From the human T2T-CHM13v2.0 reference genome, Homo sapiens: a DNA stretch of 64,000 nucleotides. The stretch lies in the NCBI RefSeq assembly GCF_009914755.1, contig NC_060925.1. One strand, 5' to 3'. The translations under genes were made by a program, and so were the position numbers. Under the pieces are notes generated by a model. It saw only the letters and a list, made by a program, of their open reading frames with translations, had not been told where the DNA came from and did no database searches. Positions within the stretch are counted from its first letter, which is position 1. Each line of letters begins with the position of its first letter. This document shows positions 14,369-28,932 of this stretch, in pieces.

Positions 14369-14584
14369 AGCAAAATACATGTTAGATATATCTCTGTAAT
14401 GAAAGGAAAAGTAAAAGAATCAGTCTTAAACTACTGAAATAATTTATGCATTTCTCCCACATGTGGCAAATATATCAACTCTCTTTAGGTATAATATACC
14501 TGACCTCATTGCTGATAGCATAAGAGCTTTAAACAAATACTTATTCAATACTTAGCTTTTTCTCTCATAAAATGGAACAAGATA

Positions 14585-14697
14585 TACTAGGGTAGAGAGG
14601 ACGCTTCTCACGTTCACTGCTGTATCCTCAGCACTTGGTACATAGTGTTTGCATCACAAATACTGGCTGGATGAATCAGTGAATGAATGAATGAATG
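14585..14697 (+). mobile_element. L2 3' end
   Basis: GTTCACTGCTGTATCCTCAGCAC...TGAATGAATGAATG terminal repeat. Confidence 0.7.
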
Positions 14698-15589
14698 GGG
14701 AGGCTATGGATGTGAAATGTTTGATATGCCTTTTAGAGAGATATTACAGGCCTTTGAGTGACTATGATATTTCCACCAAGCTTCTCTTTTGAGCATATAA
14801 CTTAGTAAGTATCTTAAAGTTCATGTTGACAGAGAGGGTGAAAGTATGAATACTTTCTTGAGCTTGGTTATTTCTAACTTGTTAGGTACAGTTATCAACA
14901 GTGATAACAGTCCAGCCTGAGCTAGATATAAACAAGAACTGTATGCCAGCTTTCAAATTGCAGTTTCCATGATAAGCTGGCTCTGTTTTGCTGCCACTGA
15001 ATAGAGTGCCATTTAGCAGTGGTGAGAGTAAGAAAAAGTTGATCCTTTGGTACTAAACAGTTGAGACCTACTCAAGGGAGCTGACATTTTCAACACCACT
15101 TGAAACTTGGGCTTGGAGCCAGGAGAAAGTTTACACACAATCAAGAGGGCACTGCTGCATCTGCAAAAGCAGTTTCCTGTAGCTAGATCGTAAACCAAGA
15201 GTGATGGAGATGAGAGCACCCAAGTTCATAAAAATTCCCTAATATGTTCATTTGTAAAAGAAGAAAACAACATTGGCCAAAGAAAGATGTTCTCCTAGAA
15301 AAAGGAAAAGAAAAAAAGGAAATCCATCTTACCCTCTAGGTGAAAAACACAAATAAAATGTCCGCGGGAATATTAAATGCTTTTCCAAAATGTGCAAAAC
15401 AATAAGCTTCCTACTGTCCTGGTGTGCAACGTTTGAGAGGAGGCTGGAAGAAGGAGCATTCTTGTCTATGGGCACCTGCTTCTGCCATGCTGGAGAGAAG
15501 GCAAATCTCAAAGGGTCTGGTAGTTAGGATGATTGGATAGAGTGATATCTCTATCTCAGTCTAAAGGATTGGAAGTACTACACATTCTT

Positions 15590-15870
15590 CCTTCATACAG
15601 TCCACCTTTTCTGAGCACCTGTTAGCAGCCAGGCAGTGTAGTAGGAATGAGGAGATAATCAGTTAGCCAGACCACCCCTGCACTCATGGATCTTATACAA
15701 AAACAGAGGTAAAAGACAATCAACAATGGACTGATTCCATTACAATGATGGTGTTAGAAGAAGAAATAGTACTAGGAATTTACATAGTGGTGAAATCTGA
15801 CCTACTTCATTCCATGAGCAGGTGACACCGAGCTGAACATTGATGCATAAGCAGAAACTGACAAAAGGAA
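15590..15870 (-). mobile_element. L2 fragment
   Basis: CTGAGCACCT...GCCAGGCA...CCCCTGCACTCATGGA...GAGCAGGTGACA. Confidence 0.55.
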
Positions 15871-16579
15871 GCCATTGCCACCATTGATAGGAATAAGAAA
15901 TAACTATTTCCCAAATTCTTTATGTTATCAAATTATTCTCCACACAGGTGTTTTGGCTTTGCTTTTTTAAATTCTGAAGTCTGAAGTTTCAGAAACTACA
16001 TTGTAATTGAAAATAGGTACTCCCCTCTTTTTTTCTCTGATGCTTTCATTAAAAATTCTCATCATCTTTTTATGTTACTTATTCGGACCTTAAAATGTAT
16101 AAAAATATGTGTGGTTTTTGCTTTCAGAAGGCACACTTGGGATCTGAAGCAGCAATAATTATGAACTGACAATACGAAGGTTGGCTGGCTCTGATGAGGA
16201 ACTCCAAGGACCTTAAAATTCACTTATGTCAAGAGGGGAAAAGGAGGAATCTACCATAGCAAAATAAGACCCTTGTACAGGATACACCCACGTGCACACG
16301 TGCACTGAGAGAAAATGAGAGTTGTAGGGGGCTGTAGGATCCTGACTGTCTCATGCCTACAGTGAGAGGTTCATAGAGATTAAAGAGATTGCTCAGGTTG
16401 TCCAGCTTGGAAGTGACAAAGGCTGGGAGTGCTGAATACTGGAATGTAATGGAATCCATCTACAGGTAAAAAGCCTATGGCAACAATTAGAGGGAGAGGT
16501 AAAGTCTCTGAGGCGGCAGGCAATTGGTACGGAGCCTGAAAGCCCAGGACAAAGTTTTATTTGCTTTCAAGAGCGAATA

Positions 16580-16885
16580 GGCTCACACCTATAATCCTAG
16601 CGCTTTGAGAGGCTCAGATGGGAGGATGGTTTGAATTCAGAAGTTCAAAGCCAGCCTGGGACACACAGTGAGACTCTGTCTCTACCAAAAAAAAAAAAAA
16701 AAAAATAGAACAATTAGCTGGGCATGGTGGTGTGCACCTGTAGTCCTAGAAGCTGAGATGGGAGGTTTGCTTGAGCCCAGGAGGCTGAGGCTGCAGAGAG
16801 TGAGCCATGATTGCTCCACTACATTACACCGTACTCCTAGGTAACACAGCAAGACCTTGTGTCACCTCCAGAAAAAAAGAAAAAG
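16580..16885 (+). mobile_element. AluJ
   Basis: GGCTCACACCTATAATCC...GGGAGGATGGTTTGAA; right arm GCTTGAGCCCAGGAGG. Confidence 0.9.
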
Positions 16886-16976
16886 CCTTAACAAACAGAA
16901 GTGAAGGTACCCTGAGGGAATATTCTATTTGGCTGGGGACTCCTTATCATGATTTTACTTAGTGTTGCAGCATATT

Positions 16977-17562
16977 GTGTTTTCTGAAGGTAGGTGTTCC
17001 CCCTCAATCTTTCTCATCCCACCGGCCCTTCTCCAATGTGACCTTGCCATTCCTCCATCAAGAAGGGAACTCTAACTTGCCTCCCTCTTCAGATCTAGGC
17101 TACCTTATGAGTTGCTGGTAGCCAACAGGAGGTGGTGGTGAAAGTGACACTGAGTGACTTCTCAGGCTATGCCAGAAAAGCCATGGGGCTTGTGCTTGAT
17201 TCTCTTGGGACACTGGCTCTGGGGAAGCCACTGACCATGGAGGTGACTGACTAGCCTGACGCTGCTATTTTGAAAAGGCCACATGTTGATGCTCTAGTCA
17301 ATAGAGTATCAGGTGAGCCCAGCGTTCTGTCCACCCCGGCCACAATGCCAAAACACGTGAATGAGGAAATCATTGTAGAAGTGATCTCCTCCCAGCCATT
17401 TACGTTTCCACCTGAGCCCCTAGAAATCATGGAGCTGAAATAACATGCCCTGTCTAAATTGCTAACACACAGAAACGGTACGCACAACAAAATCACATAA
17501 ATATAGATAAAATCCACTAGGTTAAAAGGAGTTTGTTACACATAAAAAAAATGACTGAAATA
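16977..17562 (+). mobile_element. MLT1 (F/G/H-like) MaLR LTR
   Basis: TGTGACCTTGCCATTCCTCCATCAAGA, AAGTGACACTG.GTGACTTC, GTTTGTTACACA...ACTGAAA end. Confidence 0.75.
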
Positions 17563-17984
17563 AATGTTATATTATCTATCTATAAAGACTACTATGGGCA
17601 TTGAGCCCGCTGAACAGATAAGAAACCCAAGGTACAGAGAGATAAACCCAACTAGATGATAGAATCATAAGTAGAATCTTATAAATGCAGCAATAAAATG
17701 ATCATAAAAGTACATGTGAGGACACTGAGTTTCATAGAAAAATGACTTGGATCCAGATGCACAGTTAATAAAGGCAGATCCAGGAAAAGAACTTAGATTT
17801 CCTGAAGAGTGCTGGAGTCTGAAGCTCTTTCCAAAATATTAGATCAAGCACGGGGTAGTTAAAAAAAAAAATCACATGCTTTGGCATCAGATCTGGGCTG
17901 ATTATATCCCTGAGGTAAGTTTACTTTATGCCTGGTTGCCCCTATCTTTAAATAGAAAGAAAACAGAGAAAGAAAAATATGAAT

Positions 17985-18190
17985 AAAACAATGAAATTTG
18001 GAACAGGCTTGTAGTTTAATAGGATCGTACTAACGTTAATTACCTGGTTTTGATTATTCAACTATGATTACATAAAATGCTAATAGCAGCAGCAGCTGAG
18101 TGAGGGGTAAATAGGAAACCTCTGCACTATTTTTGCAACTTTTTGTAAGTCTAAAATTAGATCAAAATAAAAAATTAAAAAAAAAAAAAA
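17985..18190 (+). mobile_element. L1MC/MD 3' end with A tail
   Basis: CCTCTGCACTATTTTTGCAACTTTTTGTAAGTCTAAAATT...AAAATAAAAA. Confidence 0.8.
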
Positions 18191-18764
18191 GAAGGAAAAA
18201 CCATACCTAACTTGTGGGGTTTTAAAAAACAAATTTGGAAAATGCAATGCCTGGTACTTTAAAAAGATTTCAGATATAATTCTCCTCTGCTTCCCTCATT
18301 CCAACTTTCTGATAAAGCCAGAACAGATGGCCCACGGACTTCTGGTTCAGACCTTGCTCCCCAAGAAAAAGTCCCCTCATACTGCAGGTATATGCCAGCA
18401 CTTTGCAGCTAGAACACCTCTCAGAAAATGAATCGAGGAAGCAGACGATGGGAAACTTCCCACGGTAGTGAAATCTCTAAACCTCTTCTCTGACCTTTGA
18501 ATTCTTGGCAGCCACAAGCTACGTTCTTGCCAAGAGTCCTCACGCGTGTAGCTTCCACATCTCCTCGCCCTCATTTAGAGGGTAGACTTCCTCCACACTC
18601 CAGTCATCCGGTGCCATCTGTCTGTGGCCATGAATTAGCTGAAAGCTCTCCGAAACCGCCTTCTCAAGCTAATTGAGCTGCTCTAAATATTTGAAGAGAC
18701 AGAAATGGGGTTATACCAGAGATGGTTTAATAAAATATTGAAAGAGCTTTTTTCTAACGGTGTA

Positions 18765-18900
18765 GTAGTCCACTTCCTTCTTTCCTCCCCCAGGGAAATA
18801 TGCATCTTATCAGTTTATCATCCGAAATGAACTTGACTGGTCTGGGAAATCGGCCACACCGTCAGGGGAGAGTGAAGGAGAAACTTCCGGGAAATGATCA
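18765..18900. promoter_or_regulatory. Candidate enhancer motif cluster (ETS/STAT composite, GATA, EBF-like)
   Basis: ACTTCCGGGAA at 18883-18893, CACTTCCT, two TTATC (GATA) sites and CCCCAGGGA in non-repetitive sequence. Confidence 0.3.
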
Positions 18901-19322
18901 GAACTATTTTAAAATCATTTTGCTAGTGCAAATCTTGAACATTCATAAAACTTATCTATGAAGATAAAGACTGAACATAAAGAATAGCAATGGGCTTGGC
19001 CTCCTACCTTAAAACCATAGAGATTGACTGTGTTAAAATATATTGTTGAGGATCTGTAACAGGAAACAGATAACCTCGGAAGTTCAGCGTGAAGGGCTAC
19101 TGCACCACAGTCAGCTTCTGGCTACAAGAGGAGGAGTCCATCAGTTCACAAAACCAATGACTTCCATCAATTTATATTTAAGTTTTTTTTTTTCACTGAA
19201 TAATTCTGTCCTTCTAATATAAATCTGACTTTTCTAACCTTGCCTTATACTTCTTGGAAATTCCTACTTAATATGAGTCCATATAATCAGAAAACATGAT
19301 GAATTTGGGGCACAAAAACTAA

Positions 19323-19629
19323 TTTTTATTTATTTATTTATTTATTTGAGACAGAGTCTTACTCCATAGCCCAGGCTGAAGTGCAGTGGTGTGATCTCGG
19401 CTCACTGAAAACTCCGCCTCCCAGGTTCAAGTGATTCTTGTGCCTCAGCCTCCTGAGTAGCTGGGACTACAGGTGTGTGCCACCACGCCTGACTAATTTT
19501 TGTATTTTTAGTAGAGAGAGGGTTTCGCCATGTTAGTCAGTCTGGTCCTGAACTCCTGACCTCAACTGATCTGCCCACCTTAGCCTCCCAAAGTTCTGGG
19601 ATTACTATCATGAGCCACCGCACCCGGCC
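19323..19629 (-). mobile_element. AluS, full length
   Basis: Antisense Alu with (TTTA)n tail; TSD GGGCACAAAAACTAATTTTT. Confidence 0.97.
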
Positions 19630-20540
19630 AGGGCACAAAAACTAATTTTTCTACTAACAGTTGCTGGGTATGCCATGGGGCCCATCAACAATGGAGCCCA
19701 CTTTGACTCACAGTTCTGTGCTCTGAGTGAGCAAAAACATTAACCTCAAGGCCTGTACAATGCCTGAGCATTTTCTGAATCATTAAGTACAATGACGCAG
19801 GGAAAGAGAGGACAGGAAGAAGGCTGGGACCAGGCCCCCTTCACCCTAGTGTTCTGTCCTAGGACCGTGAGTACAGCTGCAGTCTTAGGTGTGCTTGTAG
19901 ATCGGGAGGAGGCAGGAAGCTTGGGAAGGAAACAGACACTTTGGTTGTCCCCATATTGCTTCTGGACCCCTCATGGTGCTCTAAGAAGGAGAGAGCAAAT
20001 TTGTCTACTGAGAGGGACATTGTAGTGGACATCAAGATGCAAGTTAGTGCTTTATAAATTTATATTTCCTCATCTTTTCAAGTTTTACCTCTGATCATGA
20101 TAACTCTTTTGGTTGTTGGTCGTACTCCCTCCTGTTTCCCTTGACTAGTCTAGAAATCCCTCCTCCCTAAGTTCTCCACCCTTTTCTCCTTTTCTTCAGG
20201 CCAAAATGTTCTCAAGTTGCCTTTGATGAAACTAGATCTGAAATGACTTCTAGTTGATTAATTTGTTCATACAATATACTGTGAAACTGGGCAAGAGATG
20301 ATATAAACACTCCTTGAAGCTAGCTGGGGAGGACTCTGCCACTGTTTTTTCATTTTACAAATGAAAGAGCCTCTATTTATGGCTTTTGATGACATAGAAT
20401 AGTCTATTTGATAAAAATTAATAGTACCCCCTCTAGTTCTAATAAAAAATTTATTTATTATAACAATATCTTTATAAATGTGGAGTGTCTTCCTCTTAAT
20501 GATTTTCTGGAACTCTAGTGGTAAGATCACATTTTGATTA

Positions 20541-22085
<1,545 letters not shown>

Positions 22086-22234
22086 TTGGCTTATATAAAA
22101 AAAATCTTATAATCTTTTTACAGGAATCATATGGTGACATGAAAAGGGTTCCATAATATAGTCCCCACCTGCTACTCCAGCATCACTCCCCAGCACCCGT
22201 AAGTCAGAATGTATGTTTCCCTAGCACTGAACTT

Positions 22235-23110
22235 CTAAAAATTGATACATGTTAGATGTCCATGTGATAATTTCATACATTTACATAATCAAATCAAGGT
22301 AACTTGGATATCCGTCACCTTAATTATTTATCATTTCTTTATGCTAGGGACATTCAAATTATTATCTTCTAGTTATTTTGAAATGTCCAATCAGCTAATA
22401 TTAACTCTAGTAAATTTACTGATCTACGGAACACCAGGTGTTATGTCTTCTTTCAAGCTGTGTATCTGTACCCATTAATCAACTTCTCTTCCCTCCTCCA
22501 CACTGCCATTCGCAGCCTCTGGTAGCCACCACACTACTCTCTATCTTCATGAGATCCACTCGCTAGCTCTCACAGTCTCACATATGACTGAAATCATGGG
22601 ATATTTGTCTTTCTGTGCCTGACTCACTTCCCTTAACATAATGACCTCTAGTTCTATCCAAGTTGCTGCAAAGGACAGGATTTCATGCTTTTTTTATGGT
22701 TGGGTAATATTCCATTGTGTACATCTACCACATTTTTCTTATCCTTTCACCCATTGATGAACACTTAGATTGACTCCACATTTTGGCTATTGTGAGCACT
22801 GCTGCAAAGTACATGTGAGTGAGGATATCGCTTCAATATACTGATGTCATTTCTTTTGGATATATACTTAGTAGTGGGATTGCTGGATCATACGGTAGTT
22901 CTATTTTTTAGTTTAGTTTTTTTTTTTTTTTTTAAGGAAACTCCATACTGTTTTCCACAGTGGCTGTACTAATTTACATTCCTACTAGCAACGTATGAGG
23001 GTTCCCCTTTCTCCACATCCTCACCACCATCTGTCATTCCCTATCTTTTTATTTTAACTGGGATAAGATTATATCTCACTTTGGCTTTGATTTGCATTTC
23101 TTTAATCGTG
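22235..23110 (-). mobile_element. L1MA 3' fragment
   Basis: L1MA 3' UTR and ORF2 end; 12-bp TSD AGCACTGAACTT (22223-22234 / 23111-23122). Confidence 0.9.
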
Positions 23111-23359
23111 AGCACTGAACTTTCGACAGTACCCTGCAACCTTATGATGTTTTTACTTAAATTTAATTTCAACCTCAAGTCTCAGTTTATGCATTACCTC
23201 ATCCTAGAAGCCTTTCCCGTTTTCTCTCTACTTGCGCTACGCTGCATACACTGGGGAACGCATGTGTGCATGGACACTGTCATTTCTATACCAAATTTTA
23301 AACTATACTAAATTTTAACTAACTACTTACATGTTCATCTTGAGAAACCTGTGTCACCA

Positions 23360-23850
23360 TGTATAGCAAAACCTGCCAGTTGTTTATCGATATCCATCTT
23401 CTCTTTCCAAAACAATAGAACCCCTAATTTTTTGCTAGGCATAAAGCAAAAGAAATAAAGACCATATTTCTGGCCCCGCTTGCCATTAAATGCAGTGGTA
23501 CGATTATCTTGCATCCAGTGAGAGAAGCTCATCGGGCAGCTCCCAGAAACCTTCCCTCAAAAACAGCCAATGCATATCTTGTTTTTCTTTTTCTTTTTTT
23601 CTTTTTTTTTTTCTCCTTCTTGCCAGTTAAACCAGATCTGCTAAATGAGGCTAGACCAGCCACCCTGAGTGGATGAAGTGAAGTGACTGTGGGAACAGAG
23701 ACCCACATGGGGCAAAGCAACAATAGGAGGGGAGCCTGGGTCTCCATATCCCACCCTGGTCTGCCTACTTCTGGGCTTTCCATGAGAAAGACACACAATT
23801 CTCCCTGCTTTAGGCTGTTATTTCCTTGGGTCTCTCTTAACTGTTGCCAG
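23360..23850 (+). mobile_element. MLT1J-like LTR
   Basis: ATAGAACCCCTAATTTTTGCTAGGCA, GGAGCCTGGGTCTC, CTGCCTACTTCTGGGCTT...TGAGAAAGA. Confidence 0.65.
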
Positions 23851-24424
23851 ACTTAGTCGAAAGAGGTTTATACCACATCCTATTGCATCTTCAGTACCTG
23901 GTGCTGTGCCAAACACATAGTAGTTACTTAATTAATGTTTGCTAATTTACTGCAAAAGGATAGCAAAAGTTAAAAAAAAAAAGGAAAAAAAGCTTTATGG
24001 AATATTACCTTCAAATCCATCCTGCTCCACATGGTTACCAAATCTCTTTCCAGGATAATAAAATCTTAACATTTTAGGCATACAATTTGGCCTTCAAAGG
24101 CCTCTCAGCTTTTTAAATCTAATTTCTATTCTAATTTATTCATCATGATGTTAATAAGATGTTTGGTTTTTCATGTAGAAGGAAAAGCAAATTTATACAA
24201 TGATTCCATGGATAGTCAAGAGACAGAAGGCCTGTAATTGACTATAATAATAGATCTCACAAAATCATAAAACTGATAGTAACAATGGGGTTCAAGCAAT
24301 TAAACAATTTTGATTCCACAGATGAAAAAGCTGATGTTCAGAGAGGTGACACAACTAATTCCAGGCCACACAAACATTGAATGGCAGATCTGATGTCAGA
24401 ACCCAGATAATCTGACTTCCAACT

Positions 24425-24640
24425 TGGTACTCTCAGAATCAGTTAGAGTGTCTTTGGTTGTCAAGAGCAGACTAACTAACATAAGCAAAAATCCTTTTAA
24501 AATCTTAGAATTTACAGGATCCAAAGCTTGGAACAGGCAGGAACCAGGCAGCTCTGTTCCTGCCTGGTTTCCATGGCAACATCAGCTACAGAGCTCATAC
24601 TGATTTAGCTGACGGAATGAATGAATAAACTCCAACAACG
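24425..24640 (-). mobile_element. Old MLT1 (K/L-like) fragment
   Basis: TCTTTGGTTGTCAAGAGCAGA...CATAAGCAAAA...GCAGGAACCAGGCAGC. Confidence 0.45.
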
Positions 24641-24674
24641 GTTATTGTTCTGTTTTTCATTCTGATTGTAGAAT

Positions 24675-24866
24675 GCTTCTTTTTCTTTTCTTTTCTTTCT
24701 CTTTCTTTCTTCCTTTATTTTTCTTTCTTTCTTCCTTTCTTCTTTTCCCTTTCCTCTCTTCTTTTTTCTCATTCTCTTTCTTTCTCTTTCTCTCTTTCTT
24801 TCTCTCTTTCCTTCTCTCTCTCCCTTCCTTTCCTTTCCTTCTCTTTCTCTCTCTCTCTCTCTCTTC
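24675..24866. repeat. Polypyrimidine (TTTC/CT)n tract
   Basis: About 190 bp of almost pure C/T. Confidence 0.97.
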
Positions 24867-25014
24867 ACTCCTTTCCACCATTATTTTTGCTTACTGAATC
24901 TGCTTCCCAGAACAGTGGCTGATGAGAAGCCTAGGCACCAATTTTCTCATTCCCATTTCCCTCAACCTAATATAGGGAGTGAGATACAAGGGTGAACCCC
25001 TAGGAGATGCACTT

Positions 25015-25015
25015 T

Positions 25016-25069
<54 letters not shown>

Positions 25070-25090
25070 CAGAGACAGAGGAGAGGAGAC
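25015..25090. repeat. (GA)n microsatellite
   Basis: GAGAGA... run with GACA variants. Confidence 0.97.
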
Positions 25091-27659
25091 AGTAAGAGTT
25101 AGCTCTCTGGCTTTCCTGGCTTCCTCTCATTTTCTGTTTTTATATGCATTTTATTTGTTTACATGTTTTTAAAGTCTGCAGTTTGAGACCATGAGATGAC
25201 AAGGAGAGAACTGAAAGCCAAACTTTTGAGAATACTTAAGAGAAAGTTACCAAGTGCCTGAGTCTTCTATGATATCACTGAGCAAATGACGACCCCCCCC
25301 CCCCATATTTTAGAAACAAATAACTGAATGCATGAATACCATAAAGGAAGATGAGTACACACATGTAAGCACTTAGAGAAACGAGAAACCACCTTGTATT
25401 TTTATCTGGAAACTAATAAAAAGCAAAATGCATCCAGGAATATTATACGACATGCAATTTCGCAATTCAAGGTTTTTCTCTTTCAGTGTGTAGAGTTAGC
25501 CATAAAGCAAATTGACAGATACTGAATGACCTAGTTAAATCTTCCACGGATGCTAATATCTCCTGTTAACACCCTGCAGCTTGACCCTGAGGACTTCCGC
25601 GCACCCATCACATGTATAGTATGGTGTTTATTTCTTGATTTTATACTTTTAATATATAAACACATTGGTTATAGACAGGAAAGACCTTCTGTCTTATTAA
25701 ATGACTCACATGATTTGCCTCGAAACCACAAGCTAAGTCAAACTTGTGCTAAGCATGGTTTAATCTGACAGAATATAAAGATTCTAGGACAAATCAAACC
25801 CAAGTGAAAGTTTCCAGTTTTATTGCCACACTCAAGTTCGATAAAGAAGCAATATGAGCTTGAATTAAACTTGCAGCCGAGAAAGGTTACAACTTGAATA
25901 TAGTATTGAGCAGAAAGAAAACTTTCCATGGATCAAGGACTCAACATAATTCTAGGATCTATAAAAAAAAATCCATCTGATCTTCAATGTGTGTACATTC
26001 TAGGAGTAAAACCTATGCTTTGTTAATATTACAAAGTAAAGCAATCTTCTTTCTTCCCAACAGCATTGCTTTGCCCATTTTAGTCTGTTATGTAGCATTA
26101 TCCATGAAGAGCACGACAAGGGAAATGTACAGCGAGCCCTTGTTAATGGTCTTCGGAGAAAATGGTTTAATTGCACAGACAAATGCTGAGTCAAAGGTGA
26201 TTGTGCAAGCCAGAGAAGGAAGAAAAGAAAATATTTTTTAAAATTAGCCAATAATCCATTTATAAGGACAACAAACAATAGAAGCTTAATGACTTTTTGC
26301 CATATTACTAAAACATGTAAGAATTACACGTGACTTCTGGAACACAAAATTCTTAATCCCAGGTCAGAATAGTTAATTCAAAACTAATTTGTTTTCAGGG
26401 AACATATCTGAGAAATAATAAAATGTAGGGTCTCAGCTCACATCCACCCTTGCTCAGATGAATGATCATAAAAATGGTCCTAGGCAAGGCCACAGGGTCT
26501 GGCTGGCTGAGGACTTTGTGCACTGGACCATATACCACGAGCAGTGAGTTATTTCAAACTCCAGCTATGGGGCCAGAAACTCCTTAGGAGTCCGCACCAG
26601 AATGTCTAGAGGAGCACGTATATTAACAAGCATATTTTACACTTAAAAAAAAAATTAACCACAGAAACTGAGATTCCACCAGACTTCCTTGATAGGAAGA
26701 TAAATTGTAAAAGTTTTACTGAAGGACTTAATTTTTAAAATTAAGCCATTTAATTTAAAAAAATAAGACTTTTAAAACAATGTTGAGAAACACACCCTTC
26801 ACCAGAAGAAGAAAGGGGCGTGGCCAGGGAAGCAGAGCAGTTCCGCCTGTACCTGGTTTATGCAGTGCACTTCTGAATATTGCCTTCGAGGAAAGGTTAG
26901 GACAGGATAAAGCCTCCAGACACCACCGTTCGAGTATAATTTGAGCCAGGAAAGCTGTCAGTGCAGCTTTTTACTGTGTTCTAGAATCCTTTGGGAAAGA
27001 AATCTTTTCTTGGGTTCCTCTGAGAATTCCGACTGAGGCAAAACCAGATTTATCAGGGATTTTGCAGATATCCTGAAACAAACCGTCTCTCAGCGTGAGT
27101 CTAAAACTCCATCCACCAAGACCGTCGCTGGGACTAAGCCCTGAAGCTGAGTGATCACTTGCTTCCTCTGCTCCTCTCTCGTAAGAATTCCTTCCCTCAA
27201 AGGCCTCACAGGCTAGATAGGGAGGCAGACACACCAGAGAAACAACAGTGAAGCATGCAAAGTGCTGTGAGGAAGTGTTGTGCAGGTATTGTAGAAGCTC
27301 AGATTGGGAGTGCCTAGGGCTGACCGACCCAGACAGTCTTTTATACTGGGCATGTGTGTGTGTACATGCATATAGAAATTTGGGGAGGAGAAGAAAAAGA
27401 AATAAAAGGAAGTAATAGTGGCTGCAACTTCTGCCTACAGATACTATGACCTTGTATAGATAATGCTTTTGTGACTATGACTTGGCCTTGCTTGCAACCC
27501 ACCATCTGAGTCCTGCTAACCGAGGACCAACTATTTAGGAACAAGCTACACTGTGCCACCAAAACAGACATCAACAACACCTTTATTACATACACAATTG
27601 CCCCAAGAATTTTTATATATACTATTTTCCTTTGCAGCAACTTTACTCACCCTCTCTCT

Positions 27660-27826
27660 CTTTTTTCTTTTAAAATTTTTAGAGGAGTTTCACTCTGTCA
27701 CCCAGGGCTGGAGTGCAGTGGTACAATTATAGCTCACCGTAGCCTCGAACTCCTGGGGTCAAGTGATCCTCCTGCCTCGGCCTCCTGAGTGGCTAGGATT
27801 ACACATGTGTGTCACCAGGCCCGGCT
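27660..27826 (-). mobile_element. Alu right-arm monomer (FRAM or 5'-truncated AluJ)
   Basis: Single antisense arm; TSD TACT.ACCCTCTCT. Confidence 0.85.
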
Positions 27827-28054
27827 ACTAAGCTACTAACCCTCTCTTAAATACAAGCTACTAAATCTATTGAATGATCCGGGAAGAAACAATATGAAAA
27901 ATAAAAAGATAATTAAGAATTTCACAAAGCAAATATATGTATAATGTCTAGAAGAATCAAAGATGGAAAGATAATATGGTAATATGACACTAAAGAGCCT
28001 GATGAACTTTTTGATTTGTTATAAAACATTTAAAAATTTTCCTTCAATATTTAA

Positions 28055-28396
<342 letters not shown>

Positions 28397-28479
28397 ATCC
28401 CTCTCTCTAACTCTTAATCCACATTGCCATGCATTGGTTCCCTGCTATTAACCTCTTTGGTTCTAATCTAGATGATGGC

Positions 28480-28800
28480 ATCTGCTGGTCAGTGTCCTGG
28501 TCCAATGTGGATCCCATCCAGCATGCTCTCCACCCTACATGCAGAGCAGTCTTTGTAAATCACAAATCTCATCATGTCCCCCCTTCACTCAAATGCTTAG
28601 ATACAGCCTTTCAGGATAAAGTCCAAACTTTTTAGCCGTCTATAATCTGACTCTTTTCTTGTTACTTGCTCAATTTGGGACATGTACTCTGGACAAATGA
28701 ACTGTGTCATACCCCAAGCACGCCATGGTCTTGTGTGCCTTCATCTTTTTTACTCTCCACTCCTTACCAGGGATGAACTGCCTCCCATTCTCAGTCTAGA
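28480..28800 (+). mobile_element. L2 fragment
   Basis: CAAATCT.ATCATGTC...CTCAAA...TCAGGATAAAGTCCAAACT. Confidence 0.6.
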
Positions 28801-28803
28801 TCC

Positions 28804-28932
28804 GTGGTTCTCAAGGTTCTCAAGGGAACAGTGGCGACAGCAGCAAACGGGACATGTCAGAAATGCAAATGATCAGGCTTCATCTCAGATCTCCTGAGTC
28901 AGAAATTCTGGAGAATGGACCAGCAATCTGCA
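28804..28932. mobile_element. MER5A fragment
   Basis: GTGGTTCTCAA...CAGCAGCA...AGAAATGCAAAT...TCAGAAATTCTGG...CCAGCAATCTG. Confidence 0.75.

Noticed and set aside
26540-26930. Possible hAT-Charlie DNA transposon remnant
   Set aside because: Only vague terminal similarity; I cannot support the call without a Dfam search.
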